The notes under the pieces were generated by a model that was not told the origin of the DNA, did no database searches, and saw only the letters and a program-made list of their open reading frames with translations. A stretch of DNA of 64,000 bases from the human T2T-CHM13v2.0 reference genome, Homo sapiens, in assembly GCF_009914755.1 (NCBI RefSeq), contig NC_060925.1; one strand, given 5' to 3'. Positions 48,900-60,682 of this stretch are shown in pieces (position 1 is the first letter of the stretch; the number at the start of each line of letters is the position of its first letter). Position numbers and translations under genes: made by a program.

Positions 48900-50250
48900 C
48901 CTGTGCTAGTAACCACCATGGCAGCCTGACTGTTACGAAGTAGGAAGTCCAGGTAGGAGGAAGTCTTGGGCAAAAAGAAGGATGACTTTCTGATTGTAGA
49001 AAGTGGGAGGAAAACAGGGGTATAGGGAGGCAGACACATTTCCAGGTGGCTGCAGGATGTCGATGGCCTTGTGTCTCTGTGAAGTAGGAAGGGAGGTCAC
49101 CTGCTTGTGGGATGTGCAGGGCATTCACTAAGGAGGGAGGAGAGGTGAGGGCCTGGACAGGTCTCAGAGGGCCATGTAACAAGAAAACTCGAAGGGTCTG
49201 GTGGGCGGCAGAGGACCCCCACTGATAAGCATGAACTCGTGGGTGGGTGAGTTCCTTCAGCAGCACGGATGCTGCAGCATACAAGGGGACTGTTGGAGTG
49301 ACCCAGGAGTGGGTTTTTTTCTAAGGGTGTGATGGAAAGACAAGGGACAAAGGCACGGAAGCCACTGGCAAAGCATGGATGATGGGATAGACCATGGGAC
49401 CTAGGTGGGATTGGGAAGAAAGGAAAGCCTGGAAGGGCAGACTGGGAAAACTCAGAGGGGAAGAAAAAGTTGGCGGTTTTGTGGAGACCGAAGGACAGGT
49501 GCAGTGAAAATAAGAGGGTGGAGGGGCTGGAGGGGCTGGAGGTCCCAGGGGCTCAGGTCCAAGAGTAGGTAGTTAGGTCACCCATTTCAGGGGTGTTGTG
49601 GCTCTGGGTAAAAGGGTCATGGAGTGGCAGCTGAGACAGTGCAGGGATATCACTGAAGGGGGACAAACCACCCACAGACCTAGTGGCTGGAAACAACCAT
49701 TTGTTATTGCTCCCGTGTCTAGAGTCAGCTGGGAAGTCCTGCCGATCTTGGCCAGGCTTGGCTGATTTTGGCTGGGCTTGCTCATATGTCTGAGGTCAGC
49801 TGGCATGGTTGGTCTCAGATGGCCTCACTCACATGGCTGGGGGTTGGTTGACTGGCCATTGGCTGGGTGTTGGAGGTGACCAGGCATTCTGTGTCTCGTC
49901 ATGCAGCTTAGACCCAGATTGAGAATGTGTGCAACATCACTTCTGCCTCTTTCCATTGGCCAAAGGGAGCATGGAGTCCTGTCCAAAATCAAGGGGAAGA
50001 GAACTAGACTCCTCATCTTGATGGGAGAAGCCATAAGGAAGAGAGGCTATTTTCCAGTCTACTGCAGCTAAGGCCACCTGAGATTCCAGGGGATTGGACA
50101 GACCGTCAGCCCTGACACAGGTCCTCTAGGATGTAGACTGAGATCCAGGTGCTAAGGTCTTCAAAGAGGGAGGGGAGGTGACACAGAGCACTGAAGATGA
50201 CAATATCAGGAATGGCAGAAGCCATTCAGGCCCTTACAGGAGAGAATGTG
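48900..50250 (-). mobile_element. Probable LINE2 internal remnant interrupted by MLT1
   Basis: Purine-rich antisense L2-like texture (gtgaagtaggaagggaggtc, ggtgctaaggtcttc); heavily decayed. Confidence 0.45.
49660..50066 (-). mobile_element. Old MLT1 LTR (H-like)
   Basis: aaaccaccc...tagtggct..aaacaacc; gctgggcttgctca; ttccattggccaaag; ctcatcttgatggga. Confidence 0.7.
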
Positions 50251-50833
50251 TGTGTTTGTGTGTGTGTGTGCATGCATATGTGTGCACATGAAGAAGAAAG
50301 CCAACCTCTGATGAGGGTGCAGGGGTGAGCGCAGTGACAACCCTGGGAAATAGTTCCTGGTACTTTGCAGATTCATAGCATTAGCAATTCAGTCCCTTTC
50401 CCCTGCCCCATTCCTCCGCTGGTAACTGACAGAAGGTCACGGCCCATCAAGGTGCTGCCCAGGGGAAGGTTGCTACATCAGCTCTTTCTTATTGACCGGA
50501 CTGTCTTCACTTTCTTTCACTCAACAAGTAATTATTGAGCATCAGTCATGTGCCAGGCTCTGTGTGAGGGACAGGAAAGAAGACACAGTCTCTGCCCTTG
50601 GGGAACTCAAAATTTAGACGTTACAGCCAAGGTGTATCTACGTACACATGTACTCACATGGGTGTGTGTGCATGTGTGCACATATACACACATTCAATAC
50701 CCCCTGCACCCACAGATGATTTGTGGGTTAAAATATATAAATACACTTGCAAACTAAAAAAAAAAAAAAACCTTCAAAATCATCCTGATCATTTATCTTT
50801 CTGTTTAATCTCTGACAAGTTTGAGATTTTTCT

Positions 50834-50963
50834 TCTTTCTTTTTTTTAGAGATGGGGTCTCACCATGTTGCCCAGGGCTGGTCTTAAACTCCTGGGCTCA
50901 AGAAATCTGCTCTCCTTGGCCTCCCAAAGTGCTGGGACTATAGGCATGAGCTACTGCACCCAG
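50834..50963 (-). mobile_element. FLAM-type free left Alu monomer
   Basis: Single monomer with T tail; TSD ttgagatttttct at 50821-50833 and 50964-50976. Confidence 0.88.
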
Positions 50964-51299
50964 TTGAGATTTTTCTAGAATAAAAAACTGTATTTTAAAA
51001 AGTAATCACAGATTCTATTCAATGGTTTATTTGAAATGTTCCATATTCAGGATGGCTCTTGAATATATTTCTGTGAATAAAGGGATGCCAGGAACTCTCT
51101 TCCCCCAAAATAAAATATATAAAAATAACAATGCAGCAATAATAATAATAACTTCCTTGTGACACTCTGCAATTCCAAAAGTCCAATCATGCGTGCTATA
51201 TCAGTTGTCCTGTAAATGGCATCTCAAAGTTGGCCTCAGAATCCATGGGAGGTTTATGAGACCAAGCATGGATTAAGTCCTGCCCAAACTGAAGGGTAG

Positions 51300-51617
<318 letters not shown>

Positions 51618-52209
51618 GAAATGCTAGCCAATTTTGGAGGGTCAGGGTAAGCCCTTTTAAAGGAAAGCGATGCCTCCTCTATTCCCCAGTCCTGTTGCCT
51701 CTCCTTGGGCAGGAGTTGGCTCTCAGCAAAGGGCTCTAGAGCTAGGGCCAGCACTGGGTTCCATGGTTCTACTTGGCCAGAGTCACAGATGGACAAGATC
51801 CAGTAAGAGTCATTGAATCAAGGAATGGTGGAACTGTAAGGAGTTTAGGAGACCTCTGAGCCTTAGTTATCATCTGTCAAATAGGGCTAGCATCACACCT
51901 GACTTTGGGGTTGCTACGAAGTAGGGATACTATGGACTGGGATGGTGCTGGGGCAGGTGCTCTATGGACACTATGGATGTAAGGCAGTGTCAAGGCTGTT
52001 GGTCCCCACTTCCCCCAAGTGAGATCTAGATGAAACCTGTGACTCTAATCACCGAGTCCATGGCACCTTCTCTGGAGACTGTGACTGGGTCTTTAACTAC
52101 ATGCTTTCCAGAGGTGCCAGAGTGCTCTAAGCTTCTTCTCAATCTATGTCCCAGGGAACTGAAGATCATACCCAAAGGCATGCCCTGAGCCAACTCAGAT
52201 GCAGAGAAA

Positions 52210-52640
52210 CTTCATCCATCCTCTTAGCCAACAATGTGTGATCTTATGCTTAGGGTTAGGTTAAGTGCTGTGCTGGAGATAGAGACAGATTGGTCATATT
52301 CCCTGCCTGCATGAAGCTCACAGTTTGCTTGGGGAGACAGACAAGATTACAGGTGATCCCAAAGCAGAGTGATACAAAACCAATCAGAGAAGGAAAGGAA
52401 ATAGCCTGCTGGAGCAATCAGGGAGGGCTTCAGTTGAATAGGAATTCCCTGAGTGGCAAAAGTGGGGAAAGGCAGGAGCTGCCTGTGCATAGGCAGGAGC
52501 ATGTGAACAGGAGGTTATGTGAGGAGGCAGGGCAAGAAATGAGACCAGAAAAGCAGGCAAGGGTTAGCTGGCGTAGGGCCATGATGAGACTTGCTAAGCA
52601 GCCTAGGCTTTATCAGGGAGGCAACTGCAGCCATTGACTA
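52210..52640 (-). mobile_element. LINE2 3' fragment
   Basis: tgctggagatagag...tccctgcctgcatgaagctcacagttt...ggggagacagaca. Confidence 0.6.
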
Positions 52641-52837
52641 GAGTTTTAGGGAGCACCCAGTATATGCCAGGCTACAGCATGAGGCATATTTGATATGGCT
52701 GTTTTGCTACCCAAGTGGCTGCATCAAAGTGTGAAAGACACTGTTTTCCATTACCAAGTCACGTGACTATCAGGCATGCTCCACTAATCCTCATCTCTTT
52801 CCTGGTCCCTCACTCTCTCTGGTCTCTCCTATCTTTT

Positions 52838-52847
52838 CTCAAGTCTC

Positions 52848-52891
<44 letters not shown>

Positions 52892-52930
52892 GAGACTTGA
52901 GTCTTGAGTACAATATATATATATATATAT
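52838..52930. repeat. Perfect 64-bp palindrome with (AT)19 core, then (AT)9
   Basis: ctcaagtctcttc-(AT)19-gaagagacttgag at 52838-52901. Confidence 0.97.
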
Positions 52931-53058
52931 GAGTTTTGTGTTTTTAGTAAAGACGAGTTTCACCAAGTTGGCCAGGCTAGTCTCGAACTCCCAACCTCAG
53001 GTGATCTGCCCACCTCAGCCTCCCAAAGTGGTGGGATTACAGGCTTGAGCCACCAGCC
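52931..53058 (-). mobile_element. Left monomer of an AluS; right monomer absent
   Basis: ttttgtgtttttagta...ttggccaggctagtctcgaactcc..acctcaggtgatc...tgagccacc. Confidence 0.9.
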
Positions 53059-53244
53059 TCTTACCATCTTTTATTGCATCCTGAAGCCTCCTGTATCCTT
53101 CAGGCCCAAGGATGGAATGATGCTCTGAGATGGCTATCATACCTATTATTTGATAACAACAAAGAACAAAATGTTAAATGATTTGTTTTATAAGCCGCAT
53201 CAAAAATCCTTCCTGGAGATGGCTCCATAAAAATCTCTAAGTCT

Positions 53245-53323
53245 GTTGCAGTGAGCTGAGATCGCGCCACTGCACTCCAGCCTGGGTGACACAGCAACAC
53301 TCCGTCTCAAAACAGAACAAAAC
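53245..53323 (+). mobile_element. 5'-truncated Alu (3' 80 bp)
   Basis: gttgcagtgagctgagatcgcgccactgcactccagcc...; TSD aaatctctaagtct/aaacctctaagtgt. Confidence 0.9.
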
Positions 53324-53565
53324 AAACCTCTAAGTGTCACGAAACCATTCTAGGCATGAAGCCAGGCACTGCAGAGACAAAGAGGAATGAGTGTGGTTCC
53401 TCTCAGGTAGCTTCCACTTAATGAGGGGGATGGACAAGGAAACCACTGATTTTATCCAGTGTTGTAGGAGTTTAATAAAGGTAGCAGAGGGAGACTGGTT
53501 TGTGGGGAGCCACAGGAAGTAAGAGAACCGTGCCCAGCCTAGGGAGTAGGGGCATTTTGAGAAGC

Positions 53566-53942
53566 ATCTTAGGTCAGGTTTCCTGGAGACAGACTCTGAG
53601 ATGGAGATTTGTATGGGGGAAGTTTACAGGAAATGGTTCTGGGAAGTCATGCCCATAGGGAGATGAGGGAAGCGCCCTGGCCCCGGAGAGGTTTAATTGC
53701 TAAGCAGTTGCACCGGAGGCCTCAGCCAGTCTCACAGGGAGTCCTGGAGCTGGGAAGGACAGAGTTGTCCAGAACTGAGGCAAAGGGCTGGGCCTATATA
53801 CCAACCAGTCACTGGATGTGGGTGCCCCAGGGATGGGGCATAACCATGAGGGAGGCAGCCAGTGCTCCTGCTCCCAGCAGCTGGGAATGAGCACCTTGGT
53901 CCTGAGAGGAGATCTGGGTAGCACACTACAGTATCCACTACA
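53566..53942 (-). mobile_element. LTR16-family solo LTR
   Basis: tcttaggtcaggtttcct...agactctgagatggagattt...gcctcagccagtctcacaggga...tccactaca. Confidence 0.75.
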
Positions 53943-54459
53943 GAGGGCCTCCCAGAGGGCAAGGCCTACACCCAGACTTGAAGAAGGAGCAAGACTGCTT
54001 CTGATGAAGTTGTTGTTCATGGCGGTGGTGGTGGTAGTGGGAACAGCATATGCAAGGCTCAGAGGCCTTATTTTTTGGGAAAAGAGCAAGTAATTTAATG
54101 TGGCTCAAGGCCAGAGCTCAGAGGAGGGCAAAAGAAGGGGCTGGGTAAGTAAACAGGGGGCAAAACCCCTGAAGGGCCCCATTTGACAAAACCAGGTTCA
54201 GAATCTCGAACTTTGTCACACCGTGATGAGGAGCCACAGAAGGGATATGATCTGATATGTCCTCTAGACTCAGTCTGGCCGTGCATGAAGGCAGCAAGAC
54301 AGATGGAGGGGAGGATCATTAGGCAGGTTTTGCAGTAAGTCCTGAACTTACTATAAGATTGACAATATGGTGGAAAGAAGTAGAGGATTAGGAAACATTT
54401 AGGGGGTAGAACTGATCCAATTAGTGACTAATTAGATATAGGAGTGTCTCTTCTAACTC

Positions 54460-54620
54460 TGCATGTATTAACTCATTTATGGTTCACAACAACTCATGAG
54501 GTGGGCCTATTATCTTCATTTTGCAGATGAGGAAACTGAGGCTCAGAGAAGTTAAGTGACATGCTATGGTCACACAACCAGTAAATGGTAGAGCCTGGAT
54601 CTAAACCCAGACATTCTTGC
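54460..54620 (-). mobile_element. MIR SINE
   Basis: attttgcagatgaggaaactgaggctcagagaagttaagtgac. Confidence 0.85.
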
Positions 54621-55764
54621 TTCGCAATTTTCTGTGGGAGGAGGGGCATTTTGGGAAGCTTCTTTAGGTCAAGTTTCTAGGAGACGAACATCATCTGTCA
54701 ATCAGATGGATGATGGCACTGTTTTAAGGAGTTCAAGGACACAGGAAGAGACCTGGCTGGGGAGGACTATGGTGAATGATGACATTTGCTGCGATCGCTG
54801 TAAGTCACCTGAATAGAGATGTTCAAAGGGCAGGTGGTGACATGGGTCTAAGTCAGCAGAGCACTGGCCAGAGTGAGAGATTAGGGGCCATAGCCTTTAG
54901 GTGACAAATGAAGCTGAACTCACTCAGGGAGAAGGCTTGGATTGGGAAGAGAACACAGGTTGGAAATAAGAAGAATGTGGATAGTTACGAGAAAGACAAA
55001 GGAAGAAACATCTGTCTAGGAAACCAAGAGGGACCAGCCAGAGATTTTGGAGGAAACTCGGAAGAGTTGTCATGGAAGCCAGAGGAGGAGAATGCTTTCA
55101 GAAGGTGTGAAGTGTCAGAGGCTGCAGGGGCGTCCTCTGATAAGGACTAAAAACTGCTCCATTTACTGAGGCAGAGACTGGGCTGCCCCAAACACCCACC
55201 ATCCTGGAGAAAACGGAAGACTGAAGCACAGGATCTAAACGGCAGCTTCCTCACTCTCTTGGTAGGAGTAGAAGTGGAAAGCATTCAAACGAAATCTCTT
55301 CTTGGAGATTGATTGGAGCAAACACCCCGTTTATCATTTCCTCCGGGATTTCACTAGCACCTCTCTGCTGAGATAGGAATCTGAGACTTGTCATCCAAAG
55401 AGGGGAGACAGATCGTGACAGCCCATCCTCTGAAACCTGTCTGCTGCCTTCACACCTGGAGAACCCCCGGAGGCAGGGGGCGCCAGTGGGTGGGCGCGGG
55501 AGTGGCCCCCACCGTGACTGCTCCCCTCAGCTCCTGCAGGCAAACACCTGGAGCCCTCCTAGCAGGCCCAGGGTTGTCCTGGGACAGAGCCCCACATCTG
55601 AAGCAGGGGTGTGTGACTGCACCATATCCAGTTCTGATGCTATGCCCTGCTCCTCCTGCAAATACCCATGTCACATGCACACACGCACACACATAGGCAT
55701 ACACATGCACACACAGCCTGGCTGCTGTAAGCCATCACTCTCTGTGCTGGGGAGGCCCCTGGAG

Positions 55765-56150
55765 TAGAGGAAAGTGTACTGGGTTGGAGCTACCTCTCAC
55801 ACTTCATACCAGCCAAGTGACCTTATGCCAGTTACTTCACCGCTTTGCATCTTTGTTTCCTCATTTGATAAAACAAGGTTCCATTTTTTTTTTGGAGTGC
55901 TTGATATGCAATGACTATAGTAATAACAGTACTTATTAAGTGCCAGGGACTATGCAAAATCCTTTACACACATTTTCTCACCTTACCCTCTCCATAACTC
56001 TGTAAGGTAGGTTATGTTATTATTGCCATCTTATATAGAGGGAAACTAAGTCTGTAGAGGGCAAGTAATTTTGCTGAAAACCTCATGGCTTGTAAATGGC
56101 AGAGCTGAGATTTGAACCCAGGCAGTTGGATCCTGAGTTCTTAGCCCTTT
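55765..56150. mobile_element. Truncated MIR (+) followed by MIR (-)
   Basis: gtgacctt...gtttcctcattt; then ttaagtgccagg...gggaaactaag...gagatttgaacccaggcag. Confidence 0.7.
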
Positions 56151-56999
56151 CTTTCCCTCTGATTTTTTCTTTCCAATCCCGTCCTCACATGCAGTCAGAG
56201 GCATCTGCTTGTATTACCTATGTCTGCCTATGTTACTCCCCAGCCTAAAGCAAGCATTGGCTTTTTTTAGCTGTATATTAAAAGCCAAATGCCTTCACTG
56301 GACCTTCGAGGACTCACTTGTAATCCTCCCTCAAACGGGCCTCAGACCCTAGCCCCTGGCCAGCTGTGCTGTTTAGCAAACATGCTGTGTGTGTTCACAT
56401 CCAGGACAAAGGTTGGGGGTCCTGGAGGCCAGGGCCCAAATTGTCTCATCTCTGAGCACCTCCTCCAACTCCTACCTCTCCTCTTCTACTCCTGCTCCTT
56501 CCCCTATCCTAATTTGTAATGAATGTTTGTGCAATAAAAAGCTAACCATAGAAATAACAATAGCAGTGGGAATACCAGGAAAAGTTAAACAGGGCAGATC
56601 ACAAGCCCCGACTGAGGGCCAGCTATGTGTCTGACTTTGTGCTTGGCCCTATGGGGCAACAGCAAACTAAGGCATCAGTCTCTATTCTTAAGGAGATGAC
56701 TGTCTACATGACACGCAGGACACAAGGAGATGCTGACAAGCGCAGCCTTGATGCTAGCTGGGGGTTGTAGCCAAACAAGAAAGCAAGGAGAAATCAGGGC
56801 AGACTTCCTGGGGGAGATGGCATTGGCACTGAGACTTAGAGGGCTGGGATAGGAGAGGGCATTCTGAGACGGGAGAGAGGTGCACATTAAAGTGCTTCAG
56901 TCTCCCCTAGGTATCCCCTCACCCACACCCCATGTGCCTGGCAGCCATGGCTCCATATCCCCCCACCAACTCTGCCAACCCTAGCAGTCTCGCCTCCCA

Positions 57000-57330
57000 C
57001 CACTCCAGCAGGTGAGCCTTCCTTCAGTTTCCTCATCCTGTCTTGGTCCCCCTGATGGCAGTTCCCTTGACTGGCTAGCTCCCAGTGATGCTTCCGTCTC
57101 ATCTTAAACACCACTTCCCCTGGCACTAGGTTGTCTGGGCACCCTCCTTGCTGTTTTCGCTGCATCTTCTGCTTTTCCCAGCATGACACTTGCCAGCCTC
57201 GCTGGTGATGGCTTAGTTCATTGGCCCCACCAGTTGGTGAACATGGGGAGACCAGGATCTGTGTTTATCCTACCACTGTCTCCCCTGGCACCTGTACACA
57301 GTAAGTGCTCCATAAATGTCTGCAGAATTA
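57000..57330 (+). mobile_element. LINE2 3' tail
   Basis: tcttaaacaccacttcc...gtacacagtaagtgctccataaatg. Confidence 0.55.
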
Positions 57331-57529
57331 ATGACAAAGTGCTTAATAAATGCTTCTAGGCTTCTTCTTATCACTGTCTTGAACACCCTGGTCAACATGT
57401 CCTCCTCTGCCATTGTCCCTTGCCCTGGTCTTCTGGGTCCTGGTTCCAACTCCAGTCCAAGAGTGAAGAGTTGTGCCCGGGCAGGCCCCAGGGATGCTAG
57501 TGCTGTCTTGAGAACAGCGCTGTGAAAGC

Positions 57530-58060
57530 CACAATGGGCCTGATCTGGAGCGCTTGTCCCTGCTAATTATTACGGACAAGCCTCCTTATTGAACCTCGTC
57601 CTCTTATTGACATTCGGATGCATGAGCCGAGGCTGTTGTTTTAAACGCGCTCATTAGCCACACAAATCAGTCCTGTTGACAGAGCGCCTTTGAATTAAGC
57701 ATCTCGCCATAGTCATTGGACAAGGAGCAATTTATAATGCCATTAGCAACGCTTTCGAAGGTTACAGGCATCAAAAATTGTTCAGCCGTAATTATTCTTA
57801 ATGGATACAAGGAATAAACTGACGCAGGACAGCTTTTTCATTAGCCTTCAATCAAGGCTGATGGCTTTGAGAAATGTACAGTAAGTGCGTTTTGGGGAGA
57901 AATAATGATGTTACAGCACCTTTCCCAGGAAAATGCTCTGGGTACACAGCTTAACTTTTAATGGCCTTAATTTGACATAATTAAAAAAAATTTGAATTTG
58001 TTTTTGAAGATCTTGAAATAAATTATTTGGTTCCCATTTTTAACCCTTTGGGGAACTGGT
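57530..58060. promoter_or_regulatory. Strong candidate conserved developmental enhancer
   Basis: 14 CpG in AT-rich 57541-57900; TAATGCCATTA (P3), TGACAG, CTTTGAA, many TAAT. Confidence 0.55.
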
Positions 58061-58369
58061 GCTAAATAGCAGTCAGGGAGTGAGGAGGCCAGTCTCTGCA
58101 AATGAAGGTACTATTTAAGGAGTTGGGGTTTGCAGGGCAGTGGTCACCAGAAAGCCCACCTGGACTGCAAGCATGAGAGCTATGCCTCCACCCCAGGATT
58201 TCCAAGTGACCTTGGGAGAAAGGATTGGCTTTCTGAGTAGCCAGGCCCAGAGGGTTTATTTCCGTGGAGTTATTTGCACCATCTAGGAAGTGGGGCCCAT
58301 ATGAGGAGGGAGAAGGGAATCCTATGCCCTGAGATAGGGTGGGCTACAGACATGCAGAACTGGGAATAA

Positions 58370-58555
58370 ACCCTGGTCCTGAGCTGTGGGACCCCAGGCA
58401 AGTGACTGCATCTCTCTGAGCCTCAGTTTCTTCATCTGTGAAATGAGGATGACAATTCCTACATCTTGGGGCCATGGTGGGGGTTTGATGAGATAAACGA
58501 TATGAAAGCCACTGGCCAGTGCCTGGCACACAGTAGGTGCTCAATGAATGTTCAT
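58370..58555 (+). mobile_element. MIR SINE
   Basis: ctctctgagcctcagtttcttcatctgtgaaatgagg...gtgcctggcacacagtaggtgctcaat. Confidence 0.88.
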
Positions 58556-59689
58556 TCCTGAGGTCAGGGACTTGATCCACCTCACCATGGTAGTTCCCAT
58601 TGACCAAGGCTAGGGCACCCAAAATGCTGGAAATCTAATAATGTGGGGTCAATTATGTTTTCTAGAACTTGTCTCAGGGAGGACACTGGATATGGCTGAA
58701 CAGAAGCTGCTTGGGAGTGAGGGGCAGGGATAAGGTATCTCCTTGCACTGCCATTCCCCCTGCCTGAGACCAAAGGAAAAATAGGTGCCTTCTAAACTGC
58801 CCTCTAAGGAGAGTGGGTTAGCTGAATCCAGGGCTTTTGCTTTGCTAAATGAGGGCATGCAAGTTTGGGGTGGAGCATAATTGCTGGGATAATGAACATG
58901 GCACAAATTAGGAGAGGCCACACATCTGCTTTCTGTAACTTTCATCAGGCAGGACTCAATTTATCCCCAAAATAAATGATGAACAAATCCTTTAAGTCTA
59001 TCAGATTGAAGTTGGGTCAAAATATAACCTGCCTGGAGCACTCATGTGTCTGGTCTAGGCCTGATAGTACCAAGAAGGTACCCACACAGAATTCACACTA
59101 AGTCACATTGAGTGACTAGCATCCAGTAGGCTTTAACAGTGCCTCCTGGGGCTTGTTGGCAGTGGCAGACACAGTGGAGCAGCCTGGTGCCAGGCCAACA
59201 GACCTGGCATCTAGCTTTGTCCCTGCCACTGCCCACCATGTGACCTTGGACACAATGCCTCTTTCCTCTGCATCTCAGATTCCTTATCTGGAAACGACAG
59301 AGCAGCTGGAAGTCACTGCTTCAGACACCAGGAAAATTCAAACTATCAGGATGTATTCTCCCTCAAGCCTGCCTAAGAGCAGATGAAAGCCAAGTCAAAG
59401 GCTTAGGAGAGTTTTTTGGTGAAATACTGTGAATAAGAAACATTCTGTCCATTGGTTTGGTGCTTTCTGTGGCTTGGGAGATGTGGCCACTGTTGCACTC
59501 TAGTAGGTTGTGGGGCATCTGTGCTTAGCAGAACTTTATCTTGGGCTCTACTCATGAACAGGCTTGGGGCCAAACACTGAAACAGTGCCTGGGCAGATCT
59601 GGGTTCCACTCCAAGCTTGGTCAACTAATCTTTTGGGACTTCAGCTTCCTTATCTTTGCAACCTATGGAATTCAGACTTAACCTTGTTT

Positions 59690-59849
59690 ATCTTTTCCTT
59701 CCTCCCTCTCCTCCTCTCCCTTTCCCTTCCCCTCCTTTTCCCTTCTTTCCCTCTACTCCTTTTCTCTCCCCTTCTTCCCCTCTCTTCTCCTCTCTTTTCC
59801 CTCCCTCTCTTTCCTTTGTCATTTTTCCCTCCTTCCCCCCTTTTTTTCT
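59690..59849. repeat. About 160-bp polypyrimidine (CT-rich) tract
   Basis: Direct read; only three purines inside. Confidence 0.93.
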
Positions 59850-59949
59850 AGCTGCCAAACCCAATTTTCAAGAGTCATCTTACACAGGTGCCTAATATAT
59901 GAAATAAAGATGGAGCTCTTCTGCTTGAAATGTGGTGGAGTTCCCAGAG

Positions 59950-60682
59950 TCTACCTCCGCAGCTTCCCTCTAAGGTTTCTCTACAAACCCACAAGGCTCC
60001 TCAGAGCATGGCTGACCCCTCATGAGATGGCTCTGTCCTTCCCTTGAGGTCTCATCTCCTGCTGTCTCCTCTTGCCCTCCTCCTCCCTAACACTGGCCAA
60101 CCTGCCATTTCCCAACTGTGCTAAGTCCTGTCACTCTTCTCTGCCTTTGCTGGAGCTGTGCCCTCTTCCTGGGATGCTCTTGCCTTTTTCTGTGACTGGA
60201 AGACTCCAGCTAATCCCTTAAAGCTGACTTCTCAGGAAGCCTCACCTGAGAGCCCTATGCAGAACAAATCTCTCACCCATATTGGCCCCTGCAGGACTTT
60301 ATTAACCAACTGGCAATAGATAGCTCAGAGGGTATTTTAGCTAATGAGTCACATGTCTTTCTTCTTGGACAAACTACAAATGCCTTATGGGCAACTGATT
60401 GAGCTTTATGCCCCAGGACTTGGCATTAACAGCACCTGCTGGGAGGTGCCCACACAACATAGGACCTGGTGCACCTCGGAAGCCCTGCCATTCTGGGATC
60501 TGGCACACAGTCGGTGTCTACCTAGCATAGGTGCTGGTGTATGCAGGTGACACCCAGCCTAGGGCATGGCACAGAAGAGGAACTCATGGGACTTGGCACA
60601 CAGTGGGAGCTTGCCCAGAGCAGGTTCTGGCTCTTGGATGCTCAGGAAATGTTTGCTGAAAGGAAATTCAGTGGAATGGAAG
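59950..60682 (+). mobile_element. LINE2 3' region whose tail is expanded into a degenerate minisatellite
   Basis: tctgcctttgc...ctgtgccctcttcctgggatgctct; repeated ctggcacacag motif; ends gctcaggaaatgtttgctgaa. Confidence 0.6.

Larger units (their letters stand above)
53340..55150 (-). mobile_element. LINE2 remnant interrupted by an LTR and a MIR
   Basis: gccaggcactgcagagacaaag, atgatctgatatg, catggaagccagaggaggagaatg..tcagaagg. Confidence 0.6.

Noticed and set aside
52249-52265. ttagggttagg telomere-like sequence
   Set aside because: Fewer than two full units
60416-60665. ~33-bp periodic array as a CRISPR-like array
   Set aside because: Units are degenerate throughout with no unique spacers and derive from the L2 tail
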